A stretch of 64,000 nt of DNA from Bacillota bacterium (GTDB lineage Bacteria; Bacillota; Sulfobacillia; Sulfobacillales; Sulfobacillaceae), in the NCBI GenBank assembly GCA_023512105.1, contig JAIMAE010000001.1, forward strand, positions 12,803 to 76,802, written 5' to 3'. Within the stretch, counting starts at the first letter, position 1, and each line of letters opens with the position of its first letter. A model generated the notes under the pieces. That model worked only from the letters and a program-made list of their open reading frames with translations. It made no database searches and was not told the origin of the DNA. Shown piece after piece: positions 30,270 through 39,575 of this stretch. The translations under genes and the position numbers were made by a program.

Positions 30270-31153
30270 TTGCTTTCCCCTCCTCGCACCCCATGGACCA
30301 CCCGCGGCTGCCCGCTTAAATCCCGCATCACCGCCACCGCCCGATAGCCCCAACGCTTAAGCTCCCCGGCGATCTCCTCCACCTCGTCCGGCGCCATCTC
30401 CATCCCCAGCCATCCCCCGGGTTTGAGCCGCTGATGCGCCTCCGCCACCAACCGGCGCAAAAGTCCCCGACCGGCGGCCGGCCCATAGAGCGCCAGGGCT
30501 GGCTCAAACCGCAGCTCCGGCCCCGCCCTCGGGTCGCCGGCGGCGATGTAGGGCAGGTTGGCCACCACTCCATCCAGGGGCTCCACAACAGCGGACAGTA
30601 GGTCGGACCGCCGCCACTCGACCCCAAGACCCAGGCGCCGGGCATTGGCGCGGGCGACCTCGAGCGCGGGTTCGCTGACGTCCACTCCGAGGATGCGCCA
30701 GCCGGGCGGCCCAAACCTTCGCAAGGCCAAGGCCACCGCTCCGCACCCGGTGCCCACGTCAACCACACAGGCCTGGGGGTTCGCAATCGCCTTCAGCGCC
30801 GCTTCGACCAAGGTTTCAGTCTCCGGACGGGGAATCAAAACGGAGGGAGTGACCCGGAGGGAAAGTCCCATAAACTCCCGCTCTCCCACCAGGTAGGCGA
30901 AAGGCATCCCGCCGGCCCGGGCCTTGACCCAGCGCCGATACTGCGCCACCACGGCGGGAGAGAGCGCCGGGGGGTGGGCGTAGAGCAGTTCCGGGGTAGT
31001 CTTGGCTACCCGAAGCAACAGGAGGTGCGCCTCTTGGGCGGCCTCTGGGATTCCAGCTGCCTGGAGCACCGAGGAGGCCCACCGGAGCAGGCGTTGCCAC
31101 TCATTGAGTTGCTGCCCCACCTGAGAAGCCTCCCTCGCCCGGCCTCGGGTCAC
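30254..31153 (-). CDS. prmC: release-factor glutamine N5-methyltransferase (PrmC/HemK)
   Basis: ORF 30254..31153. SAM motif [15 protein letters not shown]. The catalytic tetrapeptide position reads NLPY ([13 protein letters not shown]). 4-nt overlap with the prfA stop. Confidence 0.85.
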   Translation of the reverse strand: MTRGRAREASQVGQQLNEWQRLLRWASSVLQAAGIPEAAQEAHLLLLRVAKTTPELLYAHPPALSPAVVAQYRRWVKARAGGMPFAYLVGEREFMGLSLRVTPSVLIPRPETETLVEAALKAIANPQACVVDVGTGCGAVALALRRFGPPGWRILGVDVSEPALEVARANARRLGLGVEWRRSDLLSAVVEPLDGVVANLPYIAAGDPRAGPELRFEPALALYGPAAGRGLLRRLVAEAHQRLKPGGWLGMEMAPDEVEEIAGELKRWGYRAVAVMRDLSGQPRVVHGVRGGESKWQRP

Positions 31154-32235
31154 TCCCCTGCCGCCATGCGCTTTAAACGCTCCTCCTGTTCTTTGGCCAC
31201 CAACACCTCAATCAACTCGTCGAGGTCGCCGTCTAGGACCTCCTCCAGGCGGTGGGTGGTGTAGCCTACGCGGTGGTCGGTCACCCGTCCTTGGGGGAAG
31301 TTGTAGGTGCGGATGCGCTCGGAACGATCGCCCGTGCCCACCTGGGACCGGCGTTCGCTGGCCACCCGCTCCGCGGCCTGGGTGTCGTAATAGGCTTTGA
31401 GGCGGGCGCGCAACACCCGCATCGCCTTCTCGCGGTTTTTGTGCTGCGACTTTTCGTCCTGACAAGAGACCACGATCCCGGTGGGCAGATGGGTGATGCG
31501 GACGGCCGACTCGGTCTTGTTCACGTGCTGGCCGCCCGCGCCCCCGGAGCGCATGGTCTCGATCCGCAAGTCGTCGGGGTCGATCTCCACCTCCACCTCT
31601 TCCGCCTCTGGCAACACCGCCACGGTGACGGTGGAGGTGTGAATGCGCCCGCTGGCCTCGGTCACCGGCACCCGCTGCACCCGGTGGACTCCCCGCTCGT
31701 ACTTGAGCTGGCTGAAGGCGCCCCGCCCTTCCACCATGAAGATGATCTCTTTGATCCCGCCGATGTCGGTGTAGTTGGCCGACATCACCTCGGTCCGCCA
31801 CCCCCGGCGTTCGGCAAACCGGGTGTACATCCGAAACAAATCCGCGGCGAACAGCGCCGCCTCCTCCCCGCCGGCTCCACCGCGGATCTCGACGATCACG
31901 TTCTTGGCGTCGTTGGGGTCGCGGGGCAACAACAGCACCCGCGCCTCGTGTTCGAGGGCCTCCAGGCGCGCCCGCCAGCCCTCCAACTCCTGGTCGATCC
32001 AGGCCCGGGTCTCATCGTCGGCGTCACGCCACAATTCCTTCAAGGTCTCGATCTCGCCCAGCGCCGTCTGGTATTCCCGATAGGTCTTGACCAGCGGCTC
32101 GTACTGGGCCAGTTCTTGTCCCAACCGCCTGGCCTGTTCGACGTCAGAGGCCACCTCCGGCTTGGAGAGTTCGGCCTCCAGGTCGCGGTAATGGGCTTCG
32201 GCCAGTTTTAGGCGTTCGGTCAAACGGTCGTCCAT
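31150..32235 (-). CDS. prfA: peptide chain release factor 1
   Basis: ORF 31150..32271 trimmed to ATG 32235. Motifs: [37 protein letters not shown]. Confidence 0.95.
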   Translation of the reverse strand: MDDRLTERLKLAEAHYRDLEAELSKPEVASDVEQARRLGQELAQYEPLVKTYREYQTALGEIETLKELWRDADDETRAWIDQELEGWRARLEALEHEARVLLLPRDPNDAKNVIVEIRGGAGGEEAALFAADLFRMYTRFAERRGWRTEVMSANYTDIGGIKEIIFMVEGRGAFSQLKYERGVHRVQRVPVTEASGRIHTSTVTVAVLPEAEEVEVEIDPDDLRIETMRSGGAGGQHVNKTESAVRITHLPTGIVVSCQDEKSQHKNREKAMRVLRARLKAYYDTQAAERVASERRSQVGTGDRSERIRTYNFPQGRVTDHRVGYTTHRLEEVLDGDLDELIEVLVAKEQEERLKRMAAGE

Positions 32236-32274
32236 GGGAGCTCTCCCACCCGGTGGACTGGCGGCCTCCACCGG

Positions 32275-32475
32275 CTATTTCATCCCGTAACGGCGCTTGA
32301 ACCGCTCAACCCGCCCACCGGTGTCGACGATCCGCTGCTGCCCGGTGTACATGGGGTGGCAGCGTCCGCAGACCTCTACCCGGAGGTTGGTCTTGGTCGA
32401 ACCGACGTGGTACACCGCCCCGCAGGCACAGGTGATGGTCGTACGGTAATAAGGGGGGTGAATCCCTTCCTTCAT
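32275..32475 (-). CDS. rpmE: 50S ribosomal protein L31 (Zn-ribbon type)
   Basis: ORF 32275..32475. [10 protein letters not shown]...CACG...[10 protein letters not shown]. Confidence 0.95.
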   Translation of the reverse strand: MKEGIHPPYYRTTITCACGAVYHVGSTKTNLRVEVCGRCHPMYTGQQRIVDTGGRVERFKRRYGMK

Positions 32476-32594
32476 GGTCTTGGTTCCCTTCTGTACTGAT
32501 TTCTATGGGACGGTCCTCCAGCTCGCCGGACCGGGCAGCCGTCCCGCCCGGTCAGGCCTGAAGGCCGCCGTGACGCGCTCGATGGCCGCCGCCT

Positions 32595-32623
32595 ATTCTA
32601 GCAGACCTGAGGATGGCGTTCAA
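32595..32623 (-). promoter_or_regulatory. sigma-A-type promoter of rpmE
   Basis: Minus strand has TTGAAC (32623..32618), a 17 nt spacer, then TAGAAT (32600..32595), preceded by TGC (extended -10). GC-rich leader of about 110 nt. Confidence 0.5.
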
Positions 32624-32629
32624 CCAAGG

Positions 32630-33160
32630 TCAGGGGCTTGGCGCGGCGCTCGCCCCAAGGCCGGGGGTGGCCACGAACCACTTGCCGCCAACCCCTTGTC
32701 CGGTGGCTTGCCCGGGTTGGGTATCCTTCACGTAGGTGTACAGCGGATGGCCGTTGTACTCCACCTGCAAGCCTAAGTCGGTCTTCACCGTGCTTACCTG
32801 GCCGGAAATGCCCGATTCTGCGGCGGCTTGACCCGAGGGCGCCAAAAGCGGCGGCCAAATCTGGGCGCAGCGGCCGGTGCAGGCGACTTTGCTCGGCGTA
32901 TCCGGCGTGAAGTAGTAGAGCGTCATCCCCGCCGCATTGGTCAGCACGGTGGTGGTCTTCCCCGACACCGTAGCCTGTCCCTCCTTCAGCGTCACCGCCG
33001 CTGGGCTGGCGCTTGCCGGTGCCGGAGCGCTCACGGCGGCGGAGTGTGCGCTCGCCCGCGAAGGCGCGCTGGCAGGCGTCTGGGCGCTGCCGCATCCGGC
33101 GGCCAAAAGTGCCGCGGCCAACCCTCCCAAATACCAGGTCCTCCCGATCCCTGTTGCCAT
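32630..33160 (-). CDS. secreted lipoprotein with two Yx(FWY)xxD repeats (COG4315 / Lipoprotein_15-type)
   Basis: ORF 32630..33244 trimmed to ATG 33160 (AAGGAGGGAGACG upstream). Lipobox LLAAGCG. Motifs LYYFTPD and LYTYVKD. Confidence 0.7.
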   Translation of the reverse strand: MATGIGRTWYLGGLAAALLAAGCGSAQTPASAPSRASAHSAAVSAPAPASASPAAVTLKEGQATVSGKTTTVLTNAAGMTLYYFTPDTPSKVACTGRCAQIWPPLLAPSGQAAAESGISGQVSTVKTDLGLQVEYNGHPLYTYVKDTQPGQATGQGVGGKWFVATPGLGASAAPSP

Positions 33161-33261
33161 CGTCTCCCTCCTTATCCGGGGGTTTACGCTCGCCCGAAGG
33201 ACGTCTATCTCCCCCGTTTGGCCCATTATAGCCCCTTGGTACAAGATGGGAAATCCGGGTC

Positions 33262-34686
33262 TTACAAGGGGAGGACCAAGGTCACCTCCGTCCCGCCTTC
33301 CGGGTGATTGGCCACCGTGACCGTGCCTTGATGTTCGCGCATCACGTCGGCCACGATCGACAGGCCGAGTCCACTGGAGTCGCTGCGCGCCTGATCGCCG
33401 GTGACAAACCGCTCCAAGACGTGGGGCAGGACTTCGGGAGCGATCCCGGGTCCGTGGTCGCGGACTTGCACCACCACCCGGCCCAAGTCCTCCTGGACGG
33501 TGGTGTTGAGCTCAATCGTGGCCCCTTTCGGGCTCCACTTGATGGCGTTGTCCAGCACGTTGACCAAGGCCTCGATCAGATGGTCGCGCACCCCGCGCAG
33601 CATCACCTCCGGTCCGGCTTGCCACTTAAGGGCCACCCCTTTCTCCCGGATCAGGGGCTCGATCCGCTGCAGGGTATCGCCAATCCACTGATTGAGCCCC
33701 AGCGGCTCTTTTTCGGCCACCCCGCTCTGGATCCGGGTGGCCTGGAGCAGGCGGTTGACCAGGCGCTGCAGGCGCAGCGTCTCTTCCCAGGCGATGGCGA
33801 TGGCCCGGTCCATGGCCGGCCCCACCATCACCCCGTCGCGCACCGCTTCCAAAAATCCCCGGATCGAGGTCAGAGGAGTGCGCAGGTCGTGGGCCACGTG
33901 GGCGAGCAAGGTGTCCCGGGCCCGCTTCTCTTCCTCGAGGCGAATCATTTGTTCGGCGATCCGCGCCCCCATCCGGTTAAACTCTTGGGCCAGCTCCTCG
34001 ACCTCAGCCGGCCCTTCGATGTTGACCGCGATCGCCGGGTGGTCGGCCTCCATCCCCTCCACCGAGCGCCGCAGCTGCTCCAGCGGCCTGGAGAGCCGCC
34101 GACTTAAGGAGTAGGCGACCAAGGCCGCAAACACCACCGCCACCAACTCGCCCCAAAACAGCAGGCTGACCAAGGAGGTGGCGGTGCGGGTGATCCCTCC
34201 CAGAGGCTGCTCCAGCAAAATGCCTCCCATCACATTGCCGCCGATCACCACCGGGACGGCGGCGGCCACGATGGTGGTCTGCGATCCGCTCAAGACCCCA
34301 TCCCACGACTGTCCGCCGGTCAGCACCTGGCGCAGCACCGAGACCGGCACCGGCACCACCGGCAGCTGGCTGCGGCCGGCCTCCAAGAGCACGGTGCCGG
34401 TCTGGTCGACCACGTACAGACGGTCGTCTAACGTCCCCTGCAGGGTGTTGATCAAATAGCCAGCGGTCGGTCCGGACAGCGTCCCCAGGAAATAGCCGCG
34501 CATCACCCGGGCAATTTGCTCCCCCCGGACGTGCAGGGCTCGGGTTTGGCTGTGAATGAGGTAGTTGCGAAAGCTCCATCCGGAAATGAGCACCGCCACC
34601 ACCAGCACGACCAAGGCCACCGCCACGTGGCTGACCACCAGGCGGACCGTCAAGCGCTTGGATTGGCGCTCAATCCATGCGCGCAT
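33262..34686 (-). CDS. sensor histidine kinase (two TM, HAMP, HisKA, HATPase)
   Basis: ORF 33262..34833 trimmed to ATG 34686. H-box HVAHDLRTPLTSIRGF, N-box NVLDNAIKW, G-box DHGPGIAPE...GLGLSIV. Confidence 0.9.
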   Translation of the reverse strand: MRAWIERQSKRLTVRLVVSHVAVALVVLVVAVLISGWSFRNYLIHSQTRALHVRGEQIARVMRGYFLGTLSGPTAGYLINTLQGTLDDRLYVVDQTGTVLLEAGRSQLPVVPVPVSVLRQVLTGGQSWDGVLSGSQTTIVAAAVPVVIGGNVMGGILLEQPLGGITRTATSLVSLLFWGELVAVVFAALVAYSLSRRLSRPLEQLRRSVEGMEADHPAIAVNIEGPAEVEELAQEFNRMGARIAEQMIRLEEEKRARDTLLAHVAHDLRTPLTSIRGFLEAVRDGVMVGPAMDRAIAIAWEETLRLQRLVNRLLQATRIQSGVAEKEPLGLNQWIGDTLQRIEPLIREKGVALKWQAGPEVMLRGVRDHLIEALVNVLDNAIKWSPKGATIELNTTVQEDLGRVVVQVRDHGPGIAPEVLPHVLERFVTGDQARSDSSGLGLSIVADVMREHQGTVTVANHPEGGTEVTLVLPL

Positions 34687-35413
34687 GGTCGCCGGGATGG
34701 ATCCCGGGGTTAAACCGATAACCTTGCCCCCAAACCGTTTCCAGGTAGTAATGCGGGCCTTGACTCTCTGCCAATTTGTGGCGGAGTCGGGTGATGTGGA
34801 CATCGACGGTGCGGGCATCTCCTTCAAAGTCAAACCCCCAGACCTTGTCCAACAACTGATCGCGCGAGAAGACTTGTTGGGGATGACTGGCTAAAAACCA
34901 AAGCAGTTCGAACTCCCGAGGGGTCAGGTTGAGGCGTTGGTTGTGGGAGAACACCTTGCGCGAGGAGGGGTCAATGACCAGATCGGGGAAGCGCAACACC
35001 TCTTCCTCGCCCCCGTTGGGCGCCAACGCCGCTCGCCGCAAGACCGCGCGCACCCGCGCCACCAACTCTTTGGGAGAGAACGGCTTGGTGAGATAATCGT
35101 CGGCCCCGAGGTCAAGCCCGAGCACCCGGTCCTCCTCGTCACCCACGGCGGTCAACATCACCACCGGAAGCCAGATGCTGTCCTTTCGCACCTCGTTGAG
35201 CACCTGCCAACCGTCGAGCTTGGGCAGCATCACGTCGAGCACCACCAGATCCGGACGCTCCGCGGCCATCACCGCCAGCGCCGCCTGCCCGTCCGCCGCC
35301 TCTAGGACCGAGAACCCGGAGGCCTCAAGGTAGATGCGGCAGAGCTCGCGGATGTGCTTGTCGTCGTCGACCACCAAAATCCGGGCCGGCAACCCCTCCT
35401 CTAGGGAGGACAT
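34670..35413 (-). CDS. OmpR-family response regulator
   Basis: ORF 34670..35413. Receiver ILVVDDD...LVVLDVMLPKLDG. Winged helix LTPREFELLWFLASHP...VWG...VDVHITRLRHKL...TVWGQGYRF. Its ATG shares the A of the rho TGA. Confidence 0.9.
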   Translation of the reverse strand: MSSLEEGLPARILVVDDDKHIRELCRIYLEASGFSVLEAADGQAALAVMAAERPDLVVLDVMLPKLDGWQVLNEVRKDSIWLPVVMLTAVGDEEDRVLGLDLGADDYLTKPFSPKELVARVRAVLRRAALAPNGGEEEVLRFPDLVIDPSSRKVFSHNQRLNLTPREFELLWFLASHPQQVFSRDQLLDKVWGFDFEGDARTVDVHITRLRHKLAESQGPHYYLETVWGQGYRFNPGIHPGDHARMD

Positions 35414-37503
35414 CAGTTCGCCCCTCCTTGATTGGCCAAAAACAGCTTAAAGAACTCCGCGTTAGAGCGGGTGCGCTTGAGGTTTTGCAGCAAGAGTTCG
35501 GTGGCCTCTTGGTTGCCCAAGTTGGCGATCGCTCGGCGGACCATCCACACCACTTCCAACTCCTCCGGAGTCATCAGCAGTTCCTCGCGTCGGGTGCCGG
35601 ACCGTTTGATGTCCACCGCCGGGAAGGTGCGGCGCTCGGCCAACTTGCGGTCTAGGTGAAGCTCCATGTTCCCGGTGCCCTTGAACTCCTCGTAGATCAC
35701 GTCGTCCATCCGCGAACCGGTATCGATCAGCGCGGTGGCGATGATGGTCAGGCTTCCGCCGTCTTCCACCTTGCGGGCGGCACCAAAGAAGCGCTTGGGT
35801 TTGTGCAGGGCGGCCGGGTCCATCCCTCCCGACAAAGTCCGGCCCGAGGCCGGCAGGGTCAGGTTGTAGGCCCGCGCCAAGCGGGTGATCGAGTCGAGAA
35901 AGATCACCACGTCGCGCCCCATTTCCACCAGCCGCTTGGCCCGCTCCAGCACCATCTCGGCTACCCGGATGTGGTCTTCCGGCGGCTCGTCAAAGGTCGA
36001 ACTGGCCACTTCGGCCTTGACCGACCGCTGCATGTCGGTGACCTCTTCCGGGCGCTCGTCGATCAACAACACCATCAGATGGGTCTCGGGGTTGTTCTGA
36101 GCGATCGCGTTGGCCAACTTCTTCAACAGCACGGTCTTTCCGGCCTTAGGCGGGGCCACGATCAGGCCGCGCTGCCCCTTCCCGATCGGCGCCACGATGT
36201 CGACCAAGCGGGTGGCCAATTCGTCCCGGGTGGTCTCGAGGCGAAAGCGGGTGTTGGGGAAGATGGGGGTGAGCCCGTCAAAGTCCGGTCGTTCCGCCGC
36301 CTTCTCCGGCGGCATGGCGTTGACCGCCTCCACCCGCAGCAACGCGAAATACCGTTCGCCTTCTTTGGGCGGTCGGGCCTGCCCAGACACGTAGTCGCCC
36401 GGCCGCAAGTCAAACCGACGGATCTGCGAGGCAGAGACGTAGACGTCCTCTCGGCTGCGTTGAAAGTCCGCCGGCCGCAAAAACCCGTAGTCCCCGACGA
36501 TGTCTAACAGTCCTTGGGCGAAGATCAGCCCGTCTTTGTGGGTGCGGGCCCGCAAAATCTCCCAGATCAGCTCGCCCTTGCGCAGAGCCCGGTAATTCTC
36601 GATGTTAAGGGACCGGGCCAATTTGTAGAGGTCGAGCAGCGTCATCGCCTCAAGTTGGGCCATCGAGAGCTGGGGCTCGCGGGTCCGACCGTTGGGACCG
36701 CTCGGGGCGTCTCGCCCCGCCCGCTCCTCGCGCCGGGGCCCATAGGGAGGACGCCCCTCTCCCCGTCCCGGCCGGCTCTCCTGCCCGGCCGGCCGACGCT
36801 CCCCGTTGGTCCAGGGCCGGGTATCCCGCCTTCCCGGGCGCTCCTCCCGACTGACCACCGGGGTCTCGGCTCCGGTCGCCCCCGCTTCCGACTCTGGGGC
36901 CGCGGGGGCGGGGACGTCTTGGCCGGGGGCGGAAGCGGACTGCACCTCGGCGAGCGGCGCAGGACCCGCCGGCGGAGCCTCGACAGCGGGCGGCGGAGCC
37001 GTCTCCTTGACCTCCTGCGCCACCTGCACAGCCGGGGTCTCGGCCTCCGGCTCGCGCTCCGCAACCGGAGGTGGGGTTAACGCCGGCTCGACCGGAGCCT
37101 CGGCTCCTGGAGTCTCCAGGGAGACCGTGGCCTCTGGCACCTCGGCCGCGGCCGCCTTCGGCCTTCGACCCCGCCGGCGTCGGGGAGCGGCCTCCGCGGA
37201 GGCCTGGGCCTCGATTTCAGCGGCCACCGCACTCCCAGGCTGGGCAATTTCTTCGGCCGCCTTCGCCCCGCGCGGTGGTCGCCCTCGACGCCTTGGCGCC
37301 GCCGCCTCGGGGCCCTCGGAGGCCGAGGCCTGCCCCTCCCCTTCTGCTGCAGCCCGGCGCCGACGGGTTCGAGGGGTGGCATCCGCTCCTTCCGCCGCGG
37401 CTGGGCTGGCCCGCCGCCGTCCCCGACGGCGCGGGGCCGCTTCGGAAGCCGGCTGTTCTTCCACCGCCACCGCCGCCTGCTCGCGCTCTTCTCCTTCTGC
37501 CAT
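35413..37503 (-). CDS. rho: transcription termination factor Rho with a ~280-aa low-complexity N-terminal extension
   Basis: ORF 35413..37647 trimmed to ATG 37503 (AGGAGGG upstream). The canonical core runs from [18 protein letters not shown]... and includes [14 protein letters not shown] Walker A and LIDERPEEV. Confidence 0.93.
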   Translation of the reverse strand: MAEGEEREQAAVAVEEQPASEAAPRRRGRRRASPAAAEGADATPRTRRRRAAAEGEGQASASEGPEAAAPRRRGRPPRGAKAAEEIAQPGSAVAAEIEAQASAEAAPRRRRGRRPKAAAAEVPEATVSLETPGAEAPVEPALTPPPVAEREPEAETPAVQVAQEVKETAPPPAVEAPPAGPAPLAEVQSASAPGQDVPAPAAPESEAGATGAETPVVSREERPGRRDTRPWTNGERRPAGQESRPGRGEGRPPYGPRREERAGRDAPSGPNGRTREPQLSMAQLEAMTLLDLYKLARSLNIENYRALRKGELIWEILRARTHKDGLIFAQGLLDIVGDYGFLRPADFQRSREDVYVSASQIRRFDLRPGDYVSGQARPPKEGERYFALLRVEAVNAMPPEKAAERPDFDGLTPIFPNTRFRLETTRDELATRLVDIVAPIGKGQRGLIVAPPKAGKTVLLKKLANAIAQNNPETHLMVLLIDERPEEVTDMQRSVKAEVASSTFDEPPEDHIRVAEMVLERAKRLVEMGRDVVIFLDSITRLARAYNLTLPASGRTLSGGMDPAALHKPKRFFGAARKVEDGGSLTIIATALIDTGSRMDDVIYEEFKGTGNMELHLDRKLAERRTFPAVDIKRSGTRREELLMTPEELEVVWMVRRAIANLGNQEATELLLQNLKRTRSNAEFFKLFLANQGGAN

Positions 37504-37517
37504 GCCTAACCCTCCTG

Positions 37518-38471
37518 TCAGACGTCGTACCGTCGCCGGTGTTCGGCCACGATGTAGCGAATGGTGCCGGTCAGCGAACGCATGACCACGGTATGCGTGG
37601 TCACCACCCCGTGCGCGCCGTAACGCACCCCGGGCAACCCGTAACACTCCGTGATCGCGGTGGCCACGTATAGCACATCGTCTCCGCGAACCAAGTCGTC
37701 TAATTGCAAAATCCGCCCTGTGTCTTCAATCCCCATCGCCGCCATCCGGGCGCGGTCGTCGTCGTCTTCCGGGTACAGCCGGGCCTGCATCTCCCCGCCC
37801 AGGCATTTGACCGCGGCCGCGGCGATCACCCCCTCGGGGGCGCCGCCGATGCCCACCACCAGGTCGATTCCCGAATCCGGGAGCCCGGTGGCGACCGCCG
37901 GCGCCACGTCGCCATCGGAGATCAGGCGAATGCGTGCCCCGGTGCGGCGAATGGCATCGATCAGCTGCCGGTGGCGCTCGCGCTCTAGCACCACCACCGT
38001 GATTTCTCTCATCGGTTTACCCAAACGGTCGGCCAAAGCCTCCAAATTTTCCTCAATCGGCCGCGTAATATCGAGCACGCCCCGCCCCGCCGGCCCGCTG
38101 ACGATCTTTTCCATGTACATGTCGGGGGCTTGAAACAAACAACCCGGCGGCGCGACCGCCATCACGGCGATGGCCCCGGGAAGCCCCTTGGCGACTAAGT
38201 TGGTCCCTTCCACCGGGTCTACGGCGATGTCGACGGCCTCTCCCTGCCCTGCTCCCACCTTCTCTCCGATGTAGAGCATGGGGGCTTCGTCCATTTCGCC
38301 TTCGCCAATCACCACCGTACCCTGGATATCTACGGTGTCCAACATGGCTCGCATGGCATCGACGGCGGCCTGGTCCGCCCCGTTTTTATCGCCGCGCCCC
38401 ATCAGGCGCCCGGCGGCCATGGCCGCGGCCTCGGTGACGCGGACGAATTCCAGCGCCAATTCGCGCTCCAT
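37518..38471 (-). CDS. glpX: class II fructose-1,6-bisphosphatase
   Basis: ORF 37518..38588 trimmed to ATG 38471 (AAGGAGGAAATC upstream). MERELALEFVRVTEAAAMAAGRLMGRGDKNGADQAAVDAMR matches the GlpX N-terminus. Confidence 0.9.
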   Translation of the reverse strand: MERELALEFVRVTEAAAMAAGRLMGRGDKNGADQAAVDAMRAMLDTVDIQGTVVIGEGEMDEAPMLYIGEKVGAGQGEAVDIAVDPVEGTNLVAKGLPGAIAVMAVAPPGCLFQAPDMYMEKIVSGPAGRGVLDITRPIEENLEALADRLGKPMREITVVVLERERHRQLIDAIRRTGARIRLISDGDVAPAVATGLPDSGIDLVVGIGGAPEGVIAAAAVKCLGGEMQARLYPEDDDDRARMAAMGIEDTGRILQLDDLVRGDDVLYVATAITECYGLPGVRYGAHGVVTTHTVVMRSLTGTIRYIVAEHRRRYDV

Positions 38472-38935
38472 GATTTCCTCCTTGCATTTGATGGCTTCGT
38501 GGCTTAGGTGCCTTAGGAAACGTAGGGAACGTGAAGACGTTGCGTTCTTCCTGGTGGATGTTAAGGCGCCGCCAGACGGCGAGGTCATGCGCCCTTGGCT
38601 TTCGGGATCGGCCGATCCCGCCCCATCTTACCAAGACGCCCGCGCGGCCCGCCAGGCTCGGTGGCCCCTCGAAGCATCGACTGCTTGGTTGGCTTAGCGG
38701 GTTGTGCACACAAAAGAACCCGGAACGTCGGGGGCGTGAAGCGTACTTCACCTTCCTTGCGCTCACCAGGCCCGCTGGATCTCAGCTCTCGTCCGGACAG
38801 GAAGGCGGGGTACTCCGCTCAGCTTTACGCCATCCATATCCTGTCCATCGCTCTGGGGATTTATGGCGCCCGAAGGCCCGTTTTGGCCCTCGCGAATGCG
38901 GGAAGGTTTTACGCTACCTGGATATCGGCAGCTTC

Positions 38936-38964
38936 ATTCTGGCATAACCGCGCAAAAGATGCAA
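38936..38964 (-). promoter_or_regulatory. candidate sigma-A-type promoter at the distal end of the glpX upstream gap
   Basis: Minus strand has TTGCAT (38964..38959), a 17 nt spacer, then CAGAAT (38941..38936), preceded by TGC. Confidence 0.35.
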
Positions 38965-38993
38965 GGGCGCCGGGCGTCGGGGTTGGGGGAAAC

Positions 38994-39332
38994 TCACGAT
39001 TCCCGGTTGACCAGCTCGGCCAGCTCGCCGAGGTGAAACGGTTTGTCCAGCCATCCCACGCCGGCCGGCAGTTTGGCCCGGACCGAGGGATCCCCGGAGA
39101 TCACCACCCAGCGCACCCCCGTCAGTCGAAGCCGCCACTGTTCCATCCACGATAGGGCCGGTTGCCCGCCAATCGTCCAGTCGAGGATCACCATGTCCGG
39201 CGCCGGCTCGGGACCGTCAAAGGGAACTTCGCGCGGATCCCGAAAGGCCCGAACCTCGTGGCCGTGGAATTCCAGCGCCGCCCCCAACATGTTTAATACC
39301 CCTTCCTCGTCGTCGATCACCCAGATGCGCAC
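38994..39332 (-). CDS. stand-alone receiver-domain response regulator (Spo0F-like by position)
   Basis: ORF 38994..39332 with a GTG start. 112 aa, with acidic pair D7-D8, D51 (VILDW), S79 and K97 (DKPF). Confidence 0.75.
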   Translation of the reverse strand: MRIWVIDDEEGVLNMLGAALEFHGHEVRAFRDPREVPFDGPEPAPDMVILDWTIGGQPALSWMEQWRLRLTGVRWVVISGDPSVRAKLPAGVGWLDKPFHLGELAELVNRES

Positions 39333-39364
39333 GCAATCACCCCATTAATATTTTGTCTTTTGCG

Positions 39365-39373
39365 ATTATATCA
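39365..39373 (-). promoter_or_regulatory. extended -10 promoter element for the receiver gene
   Basis: Minus strand reads TGATATAAT. No good -35. Confidence 0.4.
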
Positions 39374-39575
39374 ACCACTATTTGCCGAAATCCCGCGATC
39401 GCTGCCAGCCCGGGGAGATTTTCGGTAACGCCCACGTAACAAGTCTAGGTTACACTAACGTTGTCATCAAGTTTGGACCAAAAGCCGGCTTAAAACCGAT
39501 TCCTAGCGGTCGAATCATTATGGAAGACTCGACCGGATGCGATCAGACCGGGACGCGAAAAGGAGGGCATCGTCA

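Noticed and set aside
25880-30294. Long N-terminal extensions in track ORFs. Examples: 25880..26524, 26257..26610, 27098..28813, 28612..30294, and also 35413..37647, 49569..50681, 58640..59806.
   Set aside because: The upstream parts overlap the preceding gene and have R/G/P-rich composition. Internal ATG/GTG starts with good SDs coincide with the start of the recognisable domain, so these genes were trimmed.
38690-38830. An SRP RNA or RNase P RNA gene in the glpX upstream gap. The suggestive strings are GTCCGGACAGGAAGGCGG, TCGGGGGCGTG and ACAAAAGAACCCGG.
   Set aside because: The SRP domain IV core (GUCCGGAAGGAAGCAGC with a GGAA tetraloop) is broken by an insertion and substitutions. No GGAAAGUCCGG or GGUAAGAGCGCACC RNase P blocks occur on either strand.
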